This document shows, piece by piece, positions 1-11,185 of a stretch of 64,000 nt of DNA. Positions within the stretch are counted from its first letter, which is position 1. Each line of letters opens with the position of its first letter. A program made the position numbers and the translations under genes. The stretch spans positions 124,001 to 188,000 of the forward strand of contig ML978126.1 of assembly GCA_010015805.1 (NCBI GenBank), given 5' to 3'. Source of the stretch: Rhizodiscina lignyota (lineage: Eukaryota). The notes beneath the pieces were generated by a model, which saw only the letters and a list, made by a program, of their open reading frames with translations, had not been told where the DNA came from and did not search any database.

Positions 1-221
1 AGAGGGGCCCGCGAAACTGCATCGGTGGAGAGTTCGGGACGCTGGAGCTCAAGGTCGTGATGGCATTGACGTTGAGGGACTTCGACTTCGTTCCGGCATA
101 TGCCAAGGATGCGCCAACGGTGGATGGAGAGGTGTGCTATCAGATGTTGTTTGGCAGTGCGAAGCCGAAGAGTGGAGTTCCGGGTAGGGTCGTGTGCAGG
201 TTGAAGACTGAGGAGCCGTAA
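1..221 (+). CDS. Cytochrome P450, C-terminal end (partial, runs off left edge)
   Basis: Frame from nt 3 reads RGPRNCIGGEFGTLELKVVMALTLRDFDFVPAY...TEEP*, containing the heme-ligand motif GPRNCIG and the following L-helix. Stop TAA at 219-221. Absent from the ORF track. Confidence 0.9.
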   Translation, partial: RGPRNCIGGEFGTLELKVVMALTLRDFDFVPAYAKDAPTVDGEVCYQMLFGSAKPKSGVPGRVVCRLKTEEP

Positions 222-672
222 ATTGGCTTTCTATTCTCGTTTTGGGTTTATGAGCGAAAGCAAATCGGAGTTTGCTCACTTCTTCAGAGATGGTTTCGGG
301 GGGACGCGCTTTTTGTGCCACGCGGAGTTCAGTTATGTGGCTTTTCGTCCGAGATTAACAAATGAGCAAATTAGTTGGCTCATCGAACCTTTTTAAACAA
401 TGAGTCTAGAGGATATGTTAACGGTAGTTCTAAATCTCGTAACTTTTAGATGATTCTTTGCCGACATATTCAAAACAATACGTGATATATCCAAGTCACC
501 AGAACAGTAGGTAGAATTTATATACATTGAAATCCAACACTAAATACTCTTGTAACTTTTGAGATCGCTCGAACCTTATCTACTGACTCTCGCAGCCATC
601 TCGACGCTCGTCTAACGGCGCAAACGGATCCACGTCATCCTGATCCCATGAAATTCTCTGCCGCGGTACTTC

Positions 673-1290
673 TCATACACTCACATCAACTTCTTCATCA
701 ACGCTTGCTTCCGTTGGCGACTTCTCCTCCGGTGGTTCCATGGCCCCAATGAGTTCATCAATATACTTGAGAATCCAATCAAACTTCTTCACCCATTGCG
801 CACGCCACGTCTCTCTCTAGTACGATTTGAACGATTCAAAGTGCTTGTCAAAGTGCATGTCGAATACGTAAATTGTTTCGTAAAGCATCAGCGTCCACAT
901 GACTATCGAGTCCTTGTCCATCTGACGTCTTTTGTTTTCAAGTATAGGGCTAGAATCTAGATCGTCTCTTGTGAGCTTGAAATGGTCCCAGTATTGCTCA
1001 ATCGTGATCACGTGATCGATAACCGCTCCGTAAGTTCTCGGGTCCGATGAAGTTGGTGCCAATCCGTCAGTGGACATGGAACGGGTGTGAAAATGTTGCC
1101 GTCGTCGCGGAGCCACCAGTATCCACTCTTTCTACAGCCAGTCCACTGTGGGCTTGAACTTCTCCGCATTCGCCGGCGGATGGCTCAGAAGAGTCTACCT
1201 TTCTGTAGACATAACCATCGCTTCCGTCGTAGATGAGAAAGGGGGGTTCGGCTCAGTAGGATTGACGCGCTGGTCTTGGAACGATTCCAT
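673..1290 (-). pseudogene. Probable pseudogene of unknown function with three in-frame TAG stops
   Basis: One frame from ATG 1290 to TGA 673 (205 codons) is interrupted only by TAG at 1197-1195, 1134-1132 and 819-817. The translation is protein-like across the stops (KPTVDWL*KEWILV; FKSY*RETWRAQWVKKFDWILKY). Confidence 0.6.
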
Positions 1291-1613
1291 GGTATGCTAT
1301 GCCGACAGGAAAGTACAGTCTGGTGGACGTTGATGTGGTGGGTAACCAGCGTCGACTGCATATTTGGAATGTTTGTATACCAAGGCCAAGTTGTTTTCAT
1401 TAGCAAAAATGCCCTCAACGTGAAGGCGTATGCATTTGCGAATACAGCACAAGCGAGGGCCGGACAGGGACATCAAAGCCGGATAGCGCGAAGAGGGAAT
1501 GTGTCGATTGGCCGTTAAAAGTATTCGCGCAACTGCTATATGCGTGCCTCGTATCAGTCGATGAAACCATATGCATTCCCATGCGTGAGCCGTGGGTTAT
1601 GCATTCCAACAAT

Positions 1614-4571
1614 TCATTGAAAATTGAAAAAGTCAAGAGACCCAGTCAAATTTTGAGAACGTCGCTGCGTTTCCTCAATAGCCTGAATCAGCAATTCCGA
1701 CGCCATTAGAGCCATATCAGACTTTCGTCCGAGGTACCACAGCGCTTTGACGCAAGATCTGCATCGCTGAAGAGCCTTTGCTGCATCTTCCGTGGCATCT
1801 TCTCCAGCTTTGCTCTGAGAAGCCGTAGCTCGCTTAATCAGCAAAGAGCCGGCTTTGGTGAAGACGCGGATCAAGCAAGCCGTCCAAGGTTCTGTCAGCA
1901 GAGCTCTCTGGCTAAGAGCATCATGCCATTCACCTCCGACCGAGAACGAGGATGGAGCATTGTCGTCATCGGGGCAAGCTGCCTTTGCCAGCGCCGCCAC
2001 AGCGGCTGAATTACGACTACGAAGAGCGTCGACGAAGCCACTAGCGTTTCTCACGAGGCGATGAGACTCTCTACCCCAGCATCCCGAGTCAATATTCTCA
2101 ATAACATCGGCGAGTATGAGAGTAGCGAGGTACCAATGGCCCGCGAGACAAAAGTACCACGATTGGATTCGGTGAGGGAGTTCCTCGTGATTGTGTACGC
2201 AGTCGTGGAAGAAAGGGTTGAAGGTTCGATTCCAGTAATCATACACGCTAAGGGCATCCGAGATAGCTTCCTCAAACTCTTCTTGTGGACGCGTTCTCCT
2301 TGCGAGAAGTGATTGAAGGCGGGTGACTTTGCGAAAGAGTAGGACTTTAATGGGAGCGGCATCGTTTAAAGTGCGTGCGGCAGCCTCATAGGAGCAAGGC
2401 CATCGCTGGGGTTGTGTCCGAGAAGAGACTCCTGCCTGCTGTCGGAAGAAGTGATCACCCCAGAGATTGTTTCTCGCAGCAGAGCGATTAATGTCCGCAG
2501 AGGTAGATTCAGCAGCAGGTGTGATTTCACTGTCCTCGTCTGAGACAACAAGTGGACGCTTGTGCATGGCAGCAGAGAGTGTATCGAACATTATGGCAAG
2601 CCAGTACAGTAGATCGATTGTTTTACTGTCCTCCGCGCTAAGACGAGAGACTTTCATCGGCGGAATTCTACTGCTTGGCCATGTGATGCCGCTAGGGCTT
2701 GAAGCGTCTTCTCGTTCGAGCCTTTCCAATTTTGACCGCATTGTATGGATATGACGAAGGCCTTGTTCGAGGTATATGGGGGGACCATCTTTGTCAGCCA
2801 AGTCCTCGAGCTCTGCCAAGGAGAGAGGAGGCGTTGGGGCACCAGTCCTCGATGGTTGGAAGGGACGATGGTGCTCTGCAGATCCTAAGTTTGCGGCACG
2901 ATTGGCTGTACGAGCATCAAACCTAGCAGAGTGCAGGTCGTTCAATTCTTCCGGCTGCCGCGGCCTCTGCGATGAATGTCGTCGTAAGGTATCTGAAAGG
3001 AGTGGTTTCTGCGTGAGACCGAAGATAATGTGCGCAAAGACGACCCGAAACGATTCTATATCTGCTGTATCCTGCAGAGCGCGGCGAGCTTGCTGCCACG
3101 TGGACTCTTGAATCGTTCGATCAAATTCTTGCTCCATGGTTGAAGCGAAATTTTCCTCCACCGATTCTCTTCCGTACTGTGAGGTGTTGCTCAGGCTGCC
3201 TGAAAGAGGAGACTGTCTTCTCCCGTTCATATCATTTTGAGAGTATGGAAACGTTGCTCGAGAACGCTGACTGGCCTGTGCCCACTGCGAGCCGAAAGAT
3301 AGAATAGCCAGATGGAGTGCTTTCGTCGCAGCCTTATCTTCTTCTCGGGTTAGCTCGCTTCCGCGGACGGTGGCGACGAGCTTATCGAGCTTGAAAACGC
3401 GTTTGTAGATTCGATTTGACCAGTCGGGACCCCATTCTTCGAGCATGCTTGCGGGTGAACGATCGCTCGTTGCCCGGACAGTCAGACTATAAGGGCACGT
3501 CCTCTCAGTAAGCCAGCAAGATAACGCATTTTCCATACTATCATGATATATTTTCATGAGGTTCACTGTGACAAGATTTCCGTTTGTCGCCGCTACAAGA
3601 CCTCTCGACATTAATCCTGGAAGTGTGTCGATGACGAAGGGACTTTTCTGGGAAGGCATGCGGCGCTTCCTCTTCCGATTTGGACGAGTGTCGGGCTCAT
3701 AATAGGATGAATCACGGCTGGAAGACCGCCACAATGCATTGACATTGGTGGAAATGTCGTCATCGGGATTTTCCGGGTCGACTATATCACTCGCATCCTC
3801 AATGGTCTCTGGATACATGGACGGATCGATACCACCGGAAATGCTTTGGAATGGTTGCGTAGCTGCGTTCAACCAGCTCAAAGAGCTCTCCGAAAGATCC
3901 GTCTCGACAGGTGAACATATCGAAGGTTGTGAGGCGCCTATCGATGATCCGTTGGCTAGCGATTGTAGAGATCCATCCAAGCTGGAAATGGAATTTTGAG
4001 GATAGATATCAGGCACAAACGGATTGCTCTGGGATGCGTCAAGCAAATTGTATCCCGCAAAAGATTGCCACCGCGATTCGGTACTACCAGCTTGATATGC
4101 GCCTGATGCAGGAACGCCCTGTGGAAGATTGGGGAAGCTTTGGCTCCAATCGGTCGATGACGTGAAATCAGACGTCGTCGATTCTCGCCTCTGTGTCTTC
4201 GGCGGCCGGAAAGACATCGTCGACTGCTGCTGGGCCTGGAGCCAGTCGAAAGTGCAGCTCTTGTTCGTTTTCGCACAGTAAGAGCATCGCCTTTTTGGGT
4301 CGATTACGCCTTGAAAACGCACGTCAGCTGAGGTTCTGATAAGCTTGTTTCCTGTGCGTCTGCTCTTCGTGGACGTTCAACAGGTAAACGGACCTGGATC
4401 AGGCCCTTGCGAAGGAGATGCAAAGCTCGCATCGCAAGCCCGTTTCCCCCTTCTGCACTGATCGCAACTCTTATTCTGCTTCCTGACCGTCTTGAAAGTC
4501 GATGGGTAGCTACCGGCCTGCGCAGGCGGATCGTTGGGGATTAAGTCCGTTTCAACTGTCTGGGTTGCCAT
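1614..4571 (-). CDS. alcR: AlcR-like Zn(II)2Cys6 transcriptional activator (2 exons: 4571-4394, 4309-1614)
   Basis: Spliced cluster CDQCRRGKRAC-x21-CSYCAKTNKSCTFDWL with the long C3-C4 loop typical of AlcR. AlcR-type blocks IYHDSMENALSCWLTE.CPY and WLAIMFDTLSAAMHKRPLVVSDEDS. Intron 4393-4310 (GTCCGT..GCTGAC..AAG) restores the frame. Confidence 0.88.
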
Positions 4572-5238
4572 TGCTTGCACAAACATGTAGGAGCGATGCA
4601 GTGAAAGGACAGCTGACAAACGAAGCAGAATGCTATAGGTGCCATCCAAACAGACAAATTGAGAAAGGATGGCTTTGAGATGCGGGGTTGTGGAGAAGTT
4701 CCTGGGGCCCTTGCCCGCACATCCCAGTCGCGGATGAACGCAGTCTGTCCTGACCGCCGATGCAGCTCCATGGCATTGGCTCTCAAGCGAGAAGGGTCTT
4801 CAGTCACATTCGGGCAGCCCGGGAGTGACGAATTGGGCCTGTAGCCTTTCGCGACATCCATGCAATGGCGCTCAAGGCGTTGCTGACGCGTGTTCGCGGT
4901 GTACTCCGCAGACGAGAGGGCAATATGGATTTTCTGCTGCCTGACTATGTATTGCAAAACTAGCAATGAAGAAATATTAACGTCCATAATGAGAAGAACG
5001 CTCTTGATTTCTAGAGGGGAATATCAAACATCGACCACGTCAAAAAGAACACGAAACGCCAATTCCGAGACACGCTCTTCAGGAGCAAGAAATCCTCAGA
5101 AGCCATTGAGGTTCGCTTGGAACGGCCAAGGCGGAAACCGGACGAAGGCAATTTCCGAAAGGGGTTGAACGCCGCCCGCCGCCTGGCACGTGACATCGCC
5201 GGGCCATCTCTACCGATGGAAGATCGTGATACGAATAT

Positions 5239-5874
5239 CTAGCTGTCCTCCTCCTTCTGTTGTTCCTTGGCCATCTTTTCAGCTTGCTCCTTCTTCTTCT
5301 TCTCTATAGCTTCGCGGTTTTTCTTCGCCCACTTGGGTTCAACCCCATCTTTCCAAGGCCCTCTATACAGCATGCGGTCTGCGTACTCGAGTAGCGTGTA
5401 TTCCTCCTGCGTCGGCGTGCCTGGTAGCTGCCATGGATCCACGATACAGGACTTCTCGCCTTGTGCTTTGCCCGAACCCACACACTTACACGCTAAAGCC
5501 CATCCCGCATCGTTCCGCTTTTCGGCTTTGCAACTGCGGTCCGGGTTCTCTTTGTTTAGTCTCTTTGCCTCCGCCTTGGCCTTCTTCCTGTGCCATGTTC
5601 CTCGGGCCATCAAGAGCTTGTAGACTTGCGCAGATTGTGTCGGATTGTGTTGGATCTCTGACATGTCCATTGCCGGCGTGGATTCAGCTGCCATAACCGC
5701 CATGTCATTTCCAACACCGGGCTCTTTGTCACAATTAGCTTAAGATGCCGATATGCGCATTCCAGGGTGGAAGTCATTTCGCCATAACATACCTGTGCTA
5801 TCATCAACTGGTGCAACAACAGAAGATGCCACGGCCGAAAGAATGGAAAAAGCCAAAATGAACCTGAGTCTCAT
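5239..5874 (-). CDS. Small secreted basic protein, about 188 aa, 4 Cys (effector-like)
   Basis: Signal-peptide-like MRLRFILAFSILSAVASS. Intron 5792-5724 (GTATGT..GCTAAT..AAG) joins it in frame to ORF 5239-5703. Confidence 0.75.
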
Positions 5875-6298
5875 ATCGATGAGTTGGTAGCTTGTAATTG
5901 CGACTAATGGAATATGGGCGTATGGAGAACAGCTTGGTTGAATTTGTTGGAAAGGTTTGGAAGGTATACCCCGACATGAGTCCTCCTTCTCCACCACCTC
6001 ATGGTACTGGCATGTGACTAGCATGTGTATATTGAGGGAGTTGCACCCCAACCCCGCTATCATGAAGTCGTGCACCTAGTCTCAAATACGCACTTACTAA
6101 AGCATTTCGTCTTAAGCTTCAACGAAGCTCTCGCCTAAGCAGAGGAGCAGTACTCGTTTCTTTTATCGCCCTCGAACCAAGTCAAGCTCAATCGATGCTG
6201 ACCAACGCGCGACCATTTCAAATCGAATCATGGCATCACAAGGCGCAAGGAACCGCCGAACAATACTGGTCTAGATGCAATCCTATTTGCCATTTGAC

Positions 6299-7702
6299 TT
6301 ACTTTCCAGAGCGAATAGCTGTATAGACTTGTGTCTCGACATCGAACCACATACCCAGCACCTTTGCGTCTGCAAACGGAAGTATCTGGGTACAAACCAT
6401 GCCTGCGACTCCAGACTCTCGATCACACCACCACCAGCAATTCGGCAGACCTGCCCAATGACCCGTACCAGTTGAGCGACCAGTTACTCCTCCGTTGCTG
6501 AGCATGAATGTCAGCCCCCATCCTTGTTCCGGGCTTTCTGGAACCGGGTATAGATCTGGTATCGGATTGGTCAACTCCGGTTTTGCGTCTGGAATTCCCT
6601 TGCGTCCAAAATTTGGAAACTTCGTGATCTGGTTCTGGAACATCATGTCCACCGTCGACTGCTCCAAAAGCTTCACATGGGTTTTTGGTGAAACTCCTCC
6701 GTTCAGTAGCGTTGCCAAAATTTCTGACAATGTCAGCACATCGAATTTGCAGTTCTCGAAGGACATGTTGCTTACGGACATAGTCCCCTGGCTTTGCAAA
6801 GCATCCCGCACCACCACTATGGAAGAAGTCGTTTACTTTCATACCCGGCACTAAAGGCCGATGAAGTAGATGATCCCTGCGAACCAAGCTTCCATCAGGA
6901 CGGCGATAATGCATGTGCGCCAGCGCTGCTCTCATTTTCGGCCTTGGGTGCATCGTTATGTTTTCCAGCCCGAGTGGATTGAAGATGTGCGTCTGGATAT
7001 ATTCATTCAAGCTCATTTTGGTCGCTCGCTCGAGGGCAAAGCCTGCCCAGTCAATATTCACCTAGCCAGATATGTCAGAATTGCCCTTGACACCACGTTG
7101 GTGCATAGCTTACACCGTACTCCCAATCTTCTCCTGGCTGGTGAACCAAGGGCTGTTGGAGAAGGTCCTGAGCAGCACCAGAAAACTCGTCGAAGCCTAC
7201 TGGATAGCTGAAGTCTCGGAGCTTCTCATTGAAAAATGTGTATCCGAATCCAGCTGTATTCTCATCGGTCAGAGAACTCGAAGTAGAAATGCATAGAGGA
7301 TGACAAAGTACCTGTGTGGCTCAGGAGCATGCGAAGCGTGATTCTGTTTTTCTGTTCTACGAGCTTTCCATCATCTTGCAGTACTTTAAGACTTTTCAGT
7401 TCGGGGCACAGCTTGTCGAGATGATCCGCATCATCCAATTTGAGCATGCCTCTCTCCACCAACTGCATGCAAGCAAAGCCAACAATCATTTTCGTACATG
7501 ATGCAATCCAGTAGACGCTGTCCAGCGTCATTGGCTCATCACTTCCACTTCCTCTCTTTCCGCCAGCATGGGCAATGAGTTCTTCGCCATTACGATCTAC
7601 AACGACAACTGTCGTGCCTGGAATTCCAGATTTCTGGTCTGCGCAGGCAGTATCGATTGTATTTTGGATGTTTTTGATTGTTTCTGCGCTCAACGACGAC
7701 AT
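6299..7702 (-). CDS. Serine beta-lactamase-fold hydrolase (family VIII esterase / LovD-like), multi-exon
   Basis: SxxK motif WIASCTKM, ITLRMLLSHT, NIDWAG, GGAG and WAGLPN motifs across ORFs 7262-7774, 6423-7061 and 6299-6817. First ATG at 7702. Confidence 0.9.
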
Positions 7703-7880
7703 TTTGCTGTGGTGCCTGGTTAGAGATTTTCTAGGCAACGCTAAAGCTGATACCCGGAGCACAGGAGCAGACAACGTCTATTTACGGCTTTGCTTACCAC
7801 CACATTCACTATGACCAAATACGGACCACGGACGAAAGGTTTGTACCTAATTGTTAGATGACGCCCCTGCACGGATTTCC

Positions 7881-7928
7881 CCGCATAGTATGCGGATCCG
7901 CAGCTAATGAGGCTTTCGCGGGTCCGCA
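7881..7928. promoter_or_regulatory. Cluster of AlcR-type binding sites in the divergent esterase/BVMO promoter
   Basis: Perfect inverted repeat TGCGGATCCGCA at 7891-7902, near-perfect CGCGGGTCCGCA at 7917-7928 and an extra CCGCA at 7881-7885. Matches the A. nidulans AlcR consensus WGCGG-N2-CCGCW. Confidence 0.65.
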
Positions 7929-8443
7929 ATCCTTCCGACAGCCTCAAAACGCGGGGACGTCCCAGGTGCCAGGGCTCCAGAAAGGCAATAACACCATTTC
8001 AGTAGGGTCTAAAGATCCAGGCTCTTGGCGAACGTCAGATTGCCCCCATGGTCGACCTATTTGAGAACACTGAAAACTGCAGATGAGCTTGTAGATCTGC
8101 GGAGATGACACCCCTCATCGGTGTTGGCAGGAACCGGATGCTCCCGTTGGACCCTCACACGACAGATGACAGAAAGCATTGTCGCGTGTGCAGTACCTTG
8201 CGGAAGCGCAGAGCGAGAGCGACAAATGTCGTCTGCTTGCAAAGGTGCGAATGTTGGAGGCATTTCCAATTGCGGGACCGATGTTTGAAGCGGGGACAAT
8301 TAAGGGGCAGTGACTGAGTGTGTAACTGTCAAAGGAAGTATATAGAGCCTTATATCTTGTCTATTTTGAATATAATCTTCACTTATTCAAATCTCATTCT
8401 CTATTGTATGCATCGACTCCCCTTTCTTCGTAGCTCAGCCAAA

Positions 8444-10415
8444 ATGTCGACCGCAGAAGATGTTTTCGCCGCGCACAGCGACCCGGCCGTAATGGCCAAG
8501 ATGCATACGGACCTTGCGCAGTACAGCAACAGAAGGTCGACAACCGGGCCGTACGCGGACGATCTTGATGTCGATGTTCTCGTTGTGGGAGCAGGTTTCG
8601 GTGTGTCACCTCTGATGCTCTTGTCGTGCTTCACTGCTTGCTGACCACTATTAGGTGGCGTCTTTTGTGCAAAGACGTTACGAGAGATGGGCCTCAAGGT
8701 GGTCATCTACGAAGCTGGACAGAGCTTCGGAGGAACCTGGAGGTGGAACAGATATCCAGGTGCAAGGGTCGACTCTGGTACTAGAATCCCTGGTCACTCC
8801 TAGTCAGTTGCTGATGAAACTCAGAGGTACCTGAATACGAGTTCTCTTGGCCAGAAGTCTGGAAAGATTGGACATGGTCCACCAACTATCCGAATTACCA
8901 AGAACTCAGAGAGTACTTTGACCATGTTGATAAGGTCATCGACCTGAGCAAAGATTGCTCTTTTGAAACCGTAGTTACGGGAGCACAATTTGATACCAAG
9001 GAAGGAAAGTGGCATGTGAAGACGGCGGATGGAAGGCTCGCAAAGGCCAAGCATCTCGTCGTCGCAGCAGGATTTGTGTGTATATCTCCAATACCCGACT
9101 TTTCTCTGCTGATCCTCGCAGGCCTCTAAGCGCTACATTCCCAACTGGAAGGGACTGGACAGATTCAAAGGAACACTCCATCACAGCTCATTCTGGCCAG
9201 ATGAGGGTGTAGATGTCAAGGGCAAACGCTGTGCCGTCATCGGCACCGGCGCATCAGGCGTCCAAATTTCCCAGGAATGGGGTCCAGATGCTGGCGAACT
9301 CAAGGTGTTCCAACGAACGCCTAACCTCGCGGTTCCTATGGGAAAGCGCATGCTCACTCCCGAGGAGCAGAACAAAGGAAAAGACTGGTATCATCGACTG
9401 TATCAGTTGCGAGAGAAGTGCTACGGCGGCTTCTTCTACGGCATGCATGAGCGAAACACGTTCCAAGACACCCCAGAGGAGCGCGAAGCATTCTATCACA
9501 AGCTGTGGGATTACGGCGGCTTCAGGTTCTGGCTCGGTAACTACAAGGACATGCTCACGGACGCAAAAGCGAACCAGGAAGCCTACAACTTCTGGGCTAA
9601 GAACGTGAGAGCCCGCATTGGGGATGCGAGGAAGCGAGATATCCTTGCACCACTTGACATGCCCCACTATTTTGGTGTGAAGCGGCCATGTCTCGAGCAG
9701 AATTACTACGAGCAGTTCAACCGAGACAACGTGGACGTCATTGACATCAAGGACAATCCGATTGCCGAATTCACGGAGACTGGAATCAAGCTGGAGAATG
9801 GCGATCACTACGAGTTTGATGTGATTGCCATTGCTACTGGCTTCGTACGTCAAACCTTCGTTAAACCAAGACAGGATAGCCTTGAGCGCTAACGATCGCA
9901 GGATATTACAACAGGTGGCATGACCAACATGGGCCTCAAGAGCATCAAAGACACCGACCTTAAGACCGAATGGAAATCCGCCGCGAATACCTATCTCGGC
10001 ACCACTGTCGGCGGATATCCCAACATGTTCCATCTGTAAGTCATTTATCTGGCCCTTACTTACGCCTCGGCTGACAACATATAGATACGGCCCTCACGGC
10101 CCCACGCTTCTCTCCAACGGCCCCAGCACCGTTGAGGTGCAAGGACGGTGGATCTGCGACTGCATCCAGAAGATTGAGCGCGAGAACTTAAAGTATATCA
10201 ACCCCACCGACGAAGCGGTGAAGGCGTGGAAGAAGCGCATCAATGACATTAGCGATGCTACGCTCTTCCCGACGACGAGATCGACATACATGGGTGGCAG
10301 CATTCCGGGCAAGGCGTTTGAGCAGGTGAACTATGCGGGCGGAATCCCGGCATACTGTGTAGAGATTCGGAATGCGTTGGATGGATGGGTTGGATTCGAA
10401 ACTGTGGCAGCGTGA
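8444..10415 (+). CDS. Type I Baeyer-Villiger monooxygenase (FAD/NADPH), multi-exon
   Basis: VVGAGFG Rossmann motif, GGTWRWNRYPGARVDS, BVMO fingerprint FKGTLHHSSFWPD (FxGxxxHxxxWP), second VIGTGASG, FQRTPN, KRP and ATGF motifs. Confidence 0.93.
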
Positions 10416-10717
10416 TATTGCCAAAGAAACTTTCTACGCTAGACGAGATTACGATAAGACTAAAAAGGTAAAGACCGCCATTTGCGGAAAAGGAAATGAA
10501 TAAGTCCATCAGAAATGTGCAATCTTTCACGTTTTAAGCCGTTCTAATATTATTACATTCAATCGTGATGAAAGAAATTCCTCTGCTCCGCACATCCTGC
10601 CAAACATACCAGTATCATCTATCAATTCTCCCTAAGGTCATGACTCTCCCGTGCATACTTTTGAGACACGAAGATACTAGTCTCGGCCAAAGCATAGTTG
10701 CGTGACATGAACCCTGC

Positions 10718-11185
10718 CTAAGCCGCCGTCTGAGACTGCGTGTGGTGCTTCTCATGTCGCCAGCTCTTCTGGCCATGCGGAGCCCTCGTGAACGTTGCTG
10801 TCACAGTTGTCTCCTTCTCGTGTTCCTTGAGCCAACTTTCATATTTGGCGCTGTGATGATGAGCGTGATGTTGATGCTTCCACTGCTTCCACTCTTTGTC
10901 TTTCGAGAAGGCAGGCGCAGTGAAAGTGGTCGTCACAGCTATCCGAGGCATCAGTCATAGCGGAAGAAAAAGATACAGGATGGCTTTACTTGTAGGAGAT
11001 GTAAGACTTTTGGTCATGTGATGCAAGGGGCCCTCGCGCTCGTATGTCGTGAAATGCGGTGGTACAGATGACAAGTTCGACGTAGCGCTAGCCCAGACCG
11101 GAGAGGTGACAGTTTTCTGAACGGGATTGGCATCTACGACTGCAAGTGCAGTGGCAGCTAAGAGGAACTGAAACAGGTGAATCAT
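10718..11185 (-). CDS. Small secreted His/Thr-rich protein, about 138 aa
   Basis: Signal-peptide-like MIHLFQFLLAATALAVVDA. A 51-nt intron 10989-10939 joins ORFs 10955-11185 and 10718-10951 in frame. Contains KHQHHAHHH and RHEKHH. Confidence 0.65.

Noticed and set aside
4572..5238. Possible AlcR autoregulatory sites upstream of alcR
   Set aside because: Only isolated half-sites (4681, 4906); no 2-bp-spaced inverted repeat.
6299..7702. Antibiotic-resistance beta-lactamase
   Set aside because: The fold is shared with fungal esterases/transesterases; no signal peptide, and the BVMO context favours ester hydrolysis.
9254..10033. Long antisense ORFs (also 26423-27148, 56530-57396, 59851-60609)
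   Set aside because: Shadows of well-supported genes on the opposite strand; no motifs.
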